Shown piece by piece: positions 24,686 through 31,418 of a DNA stretch of 46,082 nucleotides. Positions within the stretch are counted from its first letter, which is position 1, and each line of letters begins with the position of its first letter. The notes under the pieces were generated by a model. That model searched no databases, was not told where the DNA came from, and was given only the letters and a program-made list of their open reading frames with translations. Both the position numbers and the translations under genes were made by a program. Source of the stretch: a virus. The stretch is taken from the IMG/VR virus record IMGVR_UViG_3300024517_000002, one strand, 5' to 3'.

Positions 24686-25174
24686 ATGAAGCTGCTTCCC
24701 GCCTTCATCGCCTTATTCGCCTCCTGCGCCCTGCCCCACTACGTCGAGGTGGCGGCCTCCTACGGCCGCGGAGCCCTTGGCTCATCCCTGGACCACGAGT
24801 ATGGCTCCGCGGAAATCCGAGCCGGGTACGTAGTAAAGCCCCTACCGGTAATCGTCAGGACGCGGTACACCCACGACCATGAAGATTTTATGCCTGGTTT
24901 GGTCCCACCGCTGGCCCTCGGAGGTGGAGATGTGGGGAATGATGGTCAAGAGGTGTCACCGGTGCGGAAAGGTGAAGGCCCGGACGATGACGGAGGGGGA
25001 GCGATACTACGCGAAGGCGCGAGCTCAGCGGGAGAGGCTCCATGGTGGGGGCGCGCCGCATTCCTGGCCCCCCTCGGAACGCTGATCGTCGGAATCATCG
25101 GGGCGTTCTATCACCGCGAGATCCGCGGCGCCGGCCGGAAGGTTTTCAAAAAGAAGCCGACCCGGGGTAAGTGA
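24686..25174 (+). CDS. Putative lipoprotein with a C-terminal transmembrane anchor (162 aa)
   Basis: MKLLPAFIALFASC has a lipobox-like FASC. The C-terminus is AAFLAPLGTLIVGIIGAFY followed by a basic tail. Confidence 0.55.
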   Translation: MKLLPAFIALFASCALPHYVEVAASYGRGALGSSLDHEYGSAEIRAGYVVKPLPVIVRTRYTHDHEDFMPGLVPPLALGGGDVGNDGQEVSPVRKGEGPDDDGGGAILREGASSAGEAPWWGRAAFLAPLGTLIVGIIGAFYHREIRGAGRKVFKKKPTRGK

Positions 25175-25233
25175 GCGGGATAGGTTTCTCGTGTGCAGCG
25201 AATCGCGCCGCACTCAACCCAAGGGAAAACTAA

Positions 25234-25809
25234 ATGCTTCGCTCTATCCTCGCCTCGGCCGTCATCCTCTCATCCTCCCTCGCCGCGCAAGGTGTGGACC
25301 TCCCCCCTGCCTCCAGCGCAATGTGGGAATCCATGGCGGTAGCTCACGAGGTCTCCACGCCTCAGATGGGATTCCTCGCCACGGGCAAGTTCCTCGATGA
25401 GATGGGCGCTCACTATAAGATCGACCCGGCGTGCATTGCCAACCACATGGACCGCGTAGGGCTTCCGGGCCCGTCGAACTACTTCTACGTGGACTCCGAC
25501 CCGTACAGCGGCTCCCCGCTCCTCCACAACACGCTGTACGTTTTCGACGCGGTGAAGTTCGGCCCGGTTTATGGCCGCTTCACCATCAAGCTCGGCGCCG
25601 GCTTCCCTGAACTGGGCTTGTGGGCTGCCACCTATCAGCAGGACCAGAAGGGCAACGACATACCCACGCTCCTCGACATCAGCCTCCGCGGCGCGTCCTT
25701 CATCTCCTCACTCGTGTTTGACACTGAAGACCCCCTGGCCTCGATGAAGGCGGAGTATGGCACCCGCCGAGGCCCCCAGGGAATCGCCACACTGGTTCCC
25801 GGTAAGTAA
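25234..25809 (+). CDS. Secreted protein (Sec signal, 191 aa)
   Basis: The signal is MLRSILASAVILSSSLAAQG. AAGGGAAAAC lies 4 nt upstream of the ATG. There is a weak E-S...S...G-x-L resemblance to the lytic transglycosylase motif (MWESMAVAHEVSTPQMGFL). Confidence 0.6.
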   Translation: MLRSILASAVILSSSLAAQGVDLPPASSAMWESMAVAHEVSTPQMGFLATGKFLDEMGAHYKIDPACIANHMDRVGLPGPSNYFYVDSDPYSGSPLLHNTLYVFDAVKFGPVYGRFTIKLGAGFPELGLWAATYQQDQKGNDIPTLLDISLRGASFISSLVFDTEDPLASMKAEYGTRRGPQGIATLVPGK

Positions 25810-25829
25810 GTAGTTTTCCCCCGTAGCTT

Positions 25830-25874
25830 GGCCCGGCCCCCCTTCCCGAACTGGGGGAGGTCGGGCCTTTTTTC
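25830..25874 (+). terminator. Intrinsic terminator
   Basis: Stem ggcccggcccccc with gggggaggtcgggcc (one mismatch, one G-U pair), followed by T6. Confidence 0.75.
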
Positions 25875-25897
25875 GTCCCCACTAAACCCTCCCTGGC

Positions 25898-25906
25898 TGG
25901 TAGGGT
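25898..25906 (+). promoter_or_regulatory. Extended -10 TGGTAGGGT, 6 nt upstream of ATG 25913
   Basis: The same 9-mer and the same spacing occur at 29861-29869. Confidence 0.55.
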
Positions 25907-25912
25907 GCTCCC

Positions 25913-26080
25913 ATGAAGGAAAAGAAGAAGCCTAAGTCCAAGCTCCTGCGCCCACGCGAAGCCGGCTACATCGCCCCCCTCAACGTGAAGACCCAACGCC
26001 CCCGCCGTTGGACCGCGAACGAGCTCCTGATGCGGCAGCACGTCATGGGGACCATCAACCAGCGGAGGTGGATGGTTTGA
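25913..26080 (+). CDS. Small basic protein (55 aa)
   Basis: Manual ORF MKEKKKPKSKLLRPREAGYIAPLNVKTQRPRRWTANELLMRQHVMGTINQRRWMV. Confidence 0.45.
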   Translation: MKEKKKPKSKLLRPREAGYIAPLNVKTQRPRRWTANELLMRQHVMGTINQRRWMV

Positions 26081-26328
26081 GCGCCTTATCGGATAACGCC
26101 AGGCGGCAGCTTCACATCTCCCAGCTGGAGCAGCACCTGGGTAGCATGCTGAACTCCATGAGCCTGGATGGAGAATCCCTCACCGACGCCATCCGCGAGC
26201 TTATCGACGAGAAGATACGCCTGGAGCTGGAGGTAATCATCCCGCGGCTCAAGGTCGGCGGCAGGGACCCCCTGAAGCACGACCAGGAAGTAACCTTCGA
26301 GCGGCCTCTGCACTGGGGAAAGCGATGA
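26068..26328 (+). CDS. Hypothetical protein (86 aa)
   Basis: Start is GTG 26068 or TTG 26077 inside track ORF 26008..26328. Confidence 0.5.
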   Translation: MDGLSALSDNARRQLHISQLEQHLGSMLNSMSLDGESLTDAIRELIDEKIRLELEVIIPRLKVGGRDPLKHDQEVTFERPLHWGKR

Positions 26329-26609
26329 CCGACGACGAGCTGCCCCCCTTCCCTCGCGATGACCACTACGATGCGAACATCGGCCGGCTAGAGACGCCTG
26401 AGTTCTGCGCCTGGTTTGACACGCGCTGCCCGCAGGCCGACGTTGAGCTGTCCTACCCTGGCGAGCTTGAGGACTACTGGACCCGACGCAGCTATTCCCT
26501 GCAGGGATGGGTCGCCGGATATGCGGTGGCGGAGGCCCCCGCCGCGCCGGCGAAGCCGAAGAAGAAGGCCGCGAAGAAGCGGAAGAAGAAGGCGGCCAAG
26601 CGTGGTTGA
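26325..26609 (+). CDS. Hypothetical protein with a Lys-rich tail (94 aa)
   Basis: Track ORF. ATGA overlap with the upstream gene. Confidence 0.55.
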   Translation: MTDDELPPFPRDDHYDANIGRLETPEFCAWFDTRCPQADVELSYPGELEDYWTRRSYSLQGWVAGYAVAEAPAAPAKPKKKAAKKRKKKAAKRG

Positions 26610-26790
26610 TTTTGAGCGATTAATCAAGGTGCGGGTCGGCGAGCGCCTCATCTCCGCGGGGACCCTCGAGGAGATGGTCTTGTTCATAGACGAGCTCTCA
26701 GACGGCAAGTGCTCCTGCCCGAAGACCTCCGTTACCGAGGGGTGCGATAACTGCAAGGCCCGCATCCTCCAGCTGAAGCTCAGCCATTGA
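26602..26790 (+). CDS. Hypothetical Cys-containing small protein (62 aa)
   Basis: GTG start lies within track ORF 26416..26790. Contains CSCP...CDNC. Confidence 0.45.
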   Translation: MVDFERLIKVRVGERLISAGTLEEMVLFIDELSDGKCSCPKTSVTEGCDNCKARILQLKLSH

Positions 26791-26804
26791 CAACCTGTTT
26801 TTGG

Positions 26805-27047
26805 ATGCCGCGGGCTCATCTCGCCGAACTACGCCTCTACAGGGGGTGGGTCTTCGGCCCCACGGCTGAGCGCCCCCGCGTGGTCCTGGGCCTGTATTCG
26901 GAAGGGGGGATGGCGGCGGTCTCTGTTCACGGCAAGGAAGCCCACGCCGTGCGGGCGTGGCATAGATCGCACCGGTGGGTTCCGCTGCGTACGCCCATGG
27001 GGTCCCTCTCGCGTGAAGATGTGGCGTGGATGACGTGGCTTCAATGA
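26805..27047 (+). CDS. Hypothetical protein (80 aa)
   Basis: Start is ATG 26805 (or TTG 26787). The frame still looks coding beyond its TGA stop. Confidence 0.45.
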   Translation: MPRAHLAELRLYRGWVFGPTAERPRVVLGLYSEGGMAAVSVHGKEAHAVRAWHRSHRWVPLRTPMGSLSREDVAWMTWLQ

Positions 27048-27158
27048 GGAGCGACATACGAGGTCTGCGAGGATTGCTACCGCTGTCTATGCGAAGCCCG
27101 CCGCGCCGGACGACGCAGGTTCACCGCCCGGGGCCTTCCGCACATCCTCCCCGGTAAG

Positions 27159-27164
27159 TAGGAT
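27159..27164 (+). promoter_or_regulatory. -10-like TAGGAT, 7 nt upstream of ATG 27172
   Basis: TANNNT hexamer with no SD. Confidence 0.4.
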
Positions 27165-27171
27165 CCCGGGT

Positions 27172-27555
27172 ATGGATACTGAAACCAAAACGCCGATCCT
27201 CACGCCCCAGGTCCCTGCGGAATCCTACGAGCCGACAGGCCAGTGGGTAATCCTCAGACTCCCCGACACCCTCCAGGACCTCCTCGACCCCTCCGGTACG
27301 ACGAAGAAGCTGGCCCTCCCCGAGGGGGTCACCCGGTCAAGCCTGGTTGATGAGCAGCTGGCCCAGGTCGAAAAGATGGGCCGGGGGTCCTGGGACGGCC
27401 GATCCCAGACCTGGATTCAGCCCCCTTTCTCCGTCGGAGACTGGGTGGTTTTCCCTCACAGGTGCGCCGAGGGCATCAAGGTGCTCGATGAGGCCGGCCT
27501 GGCCCTCGTCAACGCCTCCGATATCATGCTCTACGTCCAAGCCGGGAAGGTCTAA
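27172..27555 (+). CDS. GroES/Cpn10-like co-chaperonin (putative)
   Basis: Aligns by eye to GroES: PTGQWVILRL with PLHDRVIVKR, and PFSVGDWVVF...GLALVNASDIMLYVQ with LDVKVGDIVIF...VLIMSESDILAIVE. Confidence 0.45.
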   Translation: MDTETKTPILTPQVPAESYEPTGQWVILRLPDTLQDLLDPSGTTKKLALPEGVTRSSLVDEQLAQVEKMGRGSWDGRSQTWIQPPFSVGDWVVFPHRCAEGIKVLDEAGLALVNASDIMLYVQAGKV

Positions 27556-27586
27556 CATACGGGTGGAACCGGGGGCTACGGCCCCC

Positions 27587-27592
27587 TAAGCT
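27587..27592 (+). promoter_or_regulatory. -10-like TAAGCT, 6 nt upstream of ATG 27599
   Basis: Follows the small hairpin gggggc/gccccc at 27571-27586. Confidence 0.4.
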
Positions 27593-27598
27593 CCGCTC

Positions 27599-27853
27599 AT
27601 GCCCCCGACACCTGAGGACCTCGAGAAGGGGCTGGACGGCCTGGAGCAGGAGGTTACACGCCTCAAGCTCTGGGTCGCTGAGCATGACGGCCGCATCGAG
27701 GCTTGGTGGGCCAACCAGCACGCCTGGAATGAGAAGATCGAGGAGCGCCTCTGCGATCTAGCCCTCAGGCTCTCCGCCGTGGAGAAGCGGATGATGTGGT
27801 GGGCCGGAGCCGCGGCGGGCGCCGGTGGGTGGATGGGGAGTTACTTCGGGTAG
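27599..27853 (+). CDS. Coiled-coil protein with a Gly/Ala-rich hydrophobic C-terminus (84 aa)
   Basis: Track ORF. The C-terminus is MMWWAGAAAGAGGWMGSYFG. Confidence 0.55.
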   Translation: MPPTPEDLEKGLDGLEQEVTRLKLWVAEHDGRIEAWWANQHAWNEKIEERLCDLALRLSAVEKRMMWWAGAAAGAGGWMGSYFG

Positions 27854-28487
27854 ATGTCCATGTAGGAGGTTATGAACTCCGCCGCGAGCGGTGCGACGAT
27901 CGCGTTCCCGTAGGCGCGCAGGCGTCCCATGCGGCCGGGAACCCCATGAGCCAACGGGAATGCGCCGGGTTCAATTGGCCGCCATCGGGAACTTTTAGGG
28001 TCGTGACAGAGGACCCATTCGTGACCGTCCCAGAAAGATGAGTTTCGTGGGGTAGCGGAGCGCGTCCCTTCAAGTGAGCCTTTGATCGCTTCTTCATGCT
28101 TGCTGTAGGCGTGGCCCACCCCGCCAGCATCGCTACTTCGTTGAGGGACCGTGAGTTCTTGCCGTGCAGGTTGCTCTTGCCACTCTTCCAATCCCTCGCT
28201 GCGCAGGTCGGCCACGAAGTACAGTCGTTGTCTTTTATGTGGAGCACCGACGCAAGCCGCGATCCCGTCCAGACGGGGCGGTCGTCTGGCCACCCGGCTA
28301 ATCGTAAGGCGTGCGGCCATCCGCCGATCCCAGCAAATAGGTGCGTTTGACAAAACCTAGAGAGGGATTTAGGGGCGAGGCCCTGGATGGGCCGTTCGAT
28401 AATTGGCCCGCTAGGTATGTGTCCGCCCGACATCAGGCCTCTCATCCACTCAGCAGCAAATGCTTCCGTTTCGTTATAAACCGCCAT
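27841..28487 (-). pseudogene. Disrupted C5 DNA-cytosine methyltransferase-like gene (motifs split over two frames, catalytic core missing)
   Basis: Frame A (27870..28487) reads [15 protein letters not shown]...LFAGIGGW (motif I)...DRPVWTGS. Frame B (27841..28353) reads [17 protein letters not shown] (motif VIII-like) and [18 protein letters not shown] (motif X). I found no PCQ (motif IV) or ENV (motif VI). Confidence 0.55.
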
Positions 28488-28731
28488 CGTCCGGCTCGTC
28501 ATCGTTCTTCTCCAGCCACTCCGCGGCCCACCGCCCCGGGGGCTCGTCTACTATGTCCACCTCCTTGAGGTTGCCGGCGGGCCCCACGGTAAGCGCAGTT
28601 GTCGCGGTGTCCGGTATGTCACGCGCCGCCTGGCCGGCCTTCTCCCTGCCGCGGAGGATCTTCAGTATCTGGTCCAGCTTCCCCTCGATGCGCTCCAGCC
28701 TGGATTCGTTGGGGATCATGATGGCCACCAT
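28474..28731 (-). CDS. Hypothetical protein (85 aa)
   Basis: Track ORF. Its end overlaps the start of the methyltransferase-like gene by 14 nt. Confidence 0.5.
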   Translation of the reverse strand: MVAIMIPNESRLERIEGKLDQILKILRGREKAGQAARDIPDTATTALTVGPAGNLKEVDIVDEPPGRWAAEWLEKNDDEPDDGGL

Positions 28732-28744
28732 CCGCAGTACCTAT

Positions 28745-28912
28745 TCATTCCGTATCCCCCGGCAGGCGCCGCGCTCTGCGCTCATCGGCCAGCTTAGCGC
28801 AACGCTTATGCAGCGTGCGTTCGAGCTTGGATGACACGTACAGGTATGTGCGAGCCTTGCGGTGATACCAGCGGATGGGGTATCCGCACCAAACGCAGTA
28901 GAGGGCGCTCAT
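28745..28912 (-). CDS. Small Zn-ribbon-like protein (55 aa)
   Basis: Internal ATG (MSALYCVWCGYPIRWYHRK...HKRC). ATGA overlap with the upstream HTH gene. Confidence 0.45.
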   Translation of the reverse strand: MSALYCVWCGYPIRWYHRKARTYLYVSSKLERTLHKRCAKLADERRARRLPGDTE

Positions 28913-29169
28913 TCCTGCCACGGCTCCTTTTCTTCCGTCTCTTCCTGTTGCAGCAACCCCAGGGCCTGAAGTCGCTGCAGGATGGTGTTTGCCACGATGT
29001 TCGTGCAGCCAAGGACGCGGGCTAGTTCGCCGACATCCGCGATGGATCCAGTCTCGTTGACCCACATCATGGCCTCCTTGTCTTTACGGCTGAGGTAGTC
29101 GCGGTTTCTCATTCGGCTGCGAAGGCGGATGGCCTTCAGCTGTTCGGTGGTTAGGCGTGAGGGGTCCAT
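28909..29169 (-). CDS. Winged-helix/HTH DNA-binding regulator (86 aa)
   Basis: SIADVGELARVLGCTNIVANTILQRLQALGLL resembles a MarR/Lrp-type HTH. It is the first gene of the reverse operon and faces the repeat-rich intergenic region. Confidence 0.55.
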   Translation of the reverse strand: MDPSRLTTEQLKAIRLRSRMRNRDYLSRKDKEAMMWVNETGSIADVGELARVLGCTNIVANTILQRLQALGLLQQEETEEKEPWQE

Positions 29170-29508
29170 CGTTGAGTCAAGCCTACCTGAAGAACCTCCG
29201 GAACGGGGAGGGTATCTGAAAGGGGCGTCGCGGGGGAGAAGATGCGGCATCGCTGCGCTCGCCTCTGACTCTATCGGGGTTTGGAGAGCAAGCTCTCTTT
29301 CCCGGAGGGGCCCTACATCGGGCCCCGGAACAGCTCGCTCTGCTCGCTGGAGACTGGGGCGCCGGGCTCGGCTCCCCGAGGCTCGGCAGGGCCCTCGCCC
29401 AAACACCCCCCCTCCCCCCGCAGATGCGGAGTTCAGAGAGGCCGACCTCCCGGGTTCTTTTTTTACCTCGCGCGCCGGGCCTAGCCCCCTGCGAGGGTTC
29501 AGCCCGCC

Positions 29509-29640
29509 TTACGGCGAGGTTGGGAAACCACCTGTTGGCGAGATGTGGCTGGCCATTCTCGATGCCAAGAAAACACCGGAGAGGGCATTGCGGAAGTTCC
29601 CCGCAAGAGCCACACTTGTTCCCGGTGTTGCTATTGACAT
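29509..29640 (-). CDS. Candidate leaderless micro-ORF (43 aa)
   Basis: On the minus strand, TAGGGT (29652-29647) lies exactly 6 nt upstream of ATG 29640. The peptide is MSIATPGTSVALAGNFRNALSGVFLASRMASHISPTGGFPTSP. Confidence 0.25.
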   Translation of the reverse strand: MSIATPGTSVALAGNFRNALSGVFLASRMASHISPTGGFPTSP

Positions 29641-29646
29641 TTCAGC

Positions 29647-29652
29647 ACCCTA
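29647..29652 (-). promoter_or_regulatory. -10-like TAGGGT (minus strand), candidate leftward promoter of the switch region
   Basis: Same hexamer and same N6 spacing as the + strand examples. Confidence 0.45.
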
Positions 29653-29774
29653 GCGCGCTTCACGGCGCGCCTCAAGACCGAACTCCCCCGGGGGTTTCGA
29701 AGGCTCGTCCTTGTGGCGGGCCTTTTTCGTATCTGTGGTGGTCTGCGGGGGCCGGACCACAATGGGCAGTAGGT

Positions 29775-29844
29775 CCAGTTTTCGGCCAGTTTTCAGATCC
29801 GAGCCAGATCCGAGCCAGATCCCGGCCAGTTTTCAGATCCGAGC
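29775..29844. repeat. Iteron- or operator-like direct repeat array
   Basis: The 22-mer cggccagttttcagatccgagc occurs at 29783-29804 and 29823-29844. CCAGTTTTC occurs 3 times. CAGATCCGAG occurs 3 times, plus one variant. The array ends 17 bp before the TGGTAGGGT promoter. Confidence 0.85.
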
Positions 29845-29860
29845 GCCTTTCCTCCCCCCG

Positions 29861-29869
29861 TGGTAGGGT
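29861..29869 (+). promoter_or_regulatory. Extended -10 TGGTAGGGT, 6 nt upstream of ATG 29876 (candidate rightward early promoter)
   Basis: Identical 9-mer and spacing to 25898-25906. Confidence 0.55.
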
Positions 29870-29875
29870 CGGGGG

Positions 29876-30196
29876 ATGAATGACGACAAGCTCACGGCCT
29901 ACGGCAAGCTCTACAAGGCCAAGATGGACGCGATGTTCTCCAGCGTTTTCGCCCCCGCCCTCGTCGAGGCCCGCTGCAGGGGCTCCCTGGAGGTCGTGTA
30001 CGCCCCGGAGCTGGCGAACACCTGCATGGGGCGCATGGGAGGGGCTTCCGTCATGCGGCCGTCCCTGGAGCAGGCTCACGCCCATATGGACACCGCGGAG
30101 TTCGTGGCCTGGGAAGATCAGCTATGGGACGACGCCAAGGCGAAGTCGGCGCTGATCGACTGCCTGAGGAGCCGCGTGGAGGCCCTGTCGTGCTGA
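29876..30196 (+). CDS. Hypothetical early protein (106 aa)
   Basis: Track ORF. Confidence 0.6.
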   Translation: MNDDKLTAYGKLYKAKMDAMFSSVFAPALVEARCRGSLEVVYAPELANTCMGRMGGASVMRPSLEQAHAHMDTAEFVAWEDQLWDDAKAKSALIDCLRSRVEALSC

Positions 30197-30363
30197 GCGA
30201 GACCGAGGACGTGCTGCTGGATGAGATGTGCGGAAAGGCGCCGCGGCTGATCAAGCGGGCGGCGGGCGTAGAGGCGGGCGGCGACGACATACTCCTCCTG
30301 GAGAGTACGGTGACCTCCCTCAGGTGGCTTGCGGTCCGCCTGGAACGGGTCTGGGGCCGATGA
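30190..30363 (+). CDS. Hypothetical small protein (57 aa)
   Basis: GTG start inside track ORF 30124..30363; it overlaps the upstream stop. Confidence 0.45.
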   Translation: MLSETEDVLLDEMCGKAPRLIKRAAGVEAGGDDILLLESTVTSLRWLAVRLERVWGR

Positions 30364-30605
30364 GCGACCTCGGCCGCATCCTCTCGAGCGAGGACAAAAC
30401 CGGGGGCATGCGTGACTATTACGACGTGTGGGAGATGCTGGACAGGGATTCCATTGAGGCCGTGTACCGGATCCGGTTTGGGGCGAGGGCTCGCGTAAAG
30501 CTGGCGTATAGGGTGCAAAAGGGGATCGAGATGCCATTCCCGTGGGTCAAGCGCGAGATGGAGATGCGAGACATGAGCCTGGGGCGCATTCTGCGGACTC
30601 CTTGA
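30360..30605 (+). CDS. Hypothetical protein (81 aa)
   Basis: An internal ATG of track ORF 30228..30605 with an ATGA overlap. Confidence 0.55.
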   Translation: MSDLGRILSSEDKTGGMRDYYDVWEMLDRDSIEAVYRIRFGARARVKLAYRVQKGIEMPFPWVKREMEMRDMSLGRILRTP

Positions 30606-30714
30606 ACGGCGGGGCCGGAGGCCTACGATGCGACCATCTCAGTACCCTCCGGGTTGCTCAGGGGTCGTATCCCTCCACGCCCCCTGAGCGGCCCACCTCT
30701 CCTGGAGCCGCGCC

Positions 30715-31386
30715 GTGCATACCACCGAGCAAGTCGGGTTCTCAGAGCCCAACGTCCATTTCGTCCACACGCACCACAAGGTGACGTGCTATCTCGTCGA
30801 AGGGGATCCGTTCTGCGCCGATACGCGGCGTTGCACCTGCGGGGCGTACGGGTCGGTCTACGGTATGGACCGGTTCTCGTGGAAGAACCTCGTCACCACG
30901 GCGGGGGCCCTCTGGTACATGCAATGCATGCACCGGGGGCTCTTCGAGCAATCGTTTGACTCAGCAATCGTCCCCACCGTGAGCGACACGATTACGCCCA
31001 CGAACGAGTTCCGCACGCTAGAGCTCGCCAACGGGGGCAGCGCGGCCCCCAACGTCGCCAACAATCGCAGCAACATGGTCGGGATCATCGGTTCCACGCA
31101 GAAGGAACCGAGCCAAACCCCCGAAAACTACCCCGTAACCGACGACGGAGACACGCTGAACACCGGCAGGGGGGCTGACGTGATGACCTACCGGTACGAC
31201 TACGCGGCCGGGGACTTCAACGCCGTGGGGATCGCCGACCTGTGGATAACCAACCAGAGCCCCGGCGCCTCGGAGCCCATCCTGAACCACGCCGACGAGG
31301 CCTCGTTCCCCGGAGCCGTGGTCTTTACGAAGACGGCCACCGATACCCTGCAGGTGTCAGTCAACCACCAGGGCGCGCTCCCTTGA
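30715..31386 (+). CDS. Hypothetical (possibly virion-associated) protein (223 aa)
   Basis: Track ORF with a GTG start. GC3 is high from the first codons. The start is uncertain. Confidence 0.5.
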   Translation: MHTTEQVGFSEPNVHFVHTHHKVTCYLVEGDPFCADTRRCTCGAYGSVYGMDRFSWKNLVTTAGALWYMQCMHRGLFEQSFDSAIVPTVSDTITPTNEFRTLELANGGSAAPNVANNRSNMVGIIGSTQKEPSQTPENYPVTDDGDTLNTGRGADVMTYRYDYAAGDFNAVGIADLWITNQSPGASEPILNHADEASFPGAVVFTKTATDTLQVSVNHQGALP

Positions 31387-31395
31387 TCCCCCCTC

Positions 31396-31418
31396 CCGTC
31401 TCCAGGGGCCGGAGACGG
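31396..31418 (+). other. Intergenic hairpin (8-bp stem ccgtctcc/ggagacgg), no U tract
   Basis: Read directly from the sequence. Confidence 0.5.

Noticed and set aside
25163-25174. Recurring ggtaagt at three gene ends (25166-25172, 25801-25807, 27153-27159), which resembles a eukaryotic 5' splice-site consensus.
   Set aside because: The genome is bacterial-phage-like, so there is no reason to invoke spliceosomal signals. The string simply encodes Gly-Lys-stop in three proteins, and in one case it overlaps the next -10 box. It is noted only as a curiosity.
28909-29406. A long 165-aa version of the HTH gene, or a version starting at ATG 29253.
   Set aside because: The N-terminal extension has only about 50% GC3 and a low-complexity sequence. 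The region is better explained as a structured untranslated leader. Start 29169 is retained.
29418-29465. The T-rich tract ttcttttttt (29455-29464) as a + strand intrinsic terminator or sRNA end inside the switch region.
   Set aside because: The only stem directly upstream is about 4 bp (gagg/cctc), and cccggg cannot fold on itself. That is too weak to call a terminator. No convincing + strand promoter lies upstream either.
29775-29844. The direct repeat cluster as a possible mini-CRISPR array.
   Set aside because: The units are 9-22 bp and partly overlapping. There are no unique spacers of regular length, no leader and no cas genes. The array sits on a promoter, so an operator or iteron interpretation fits better.
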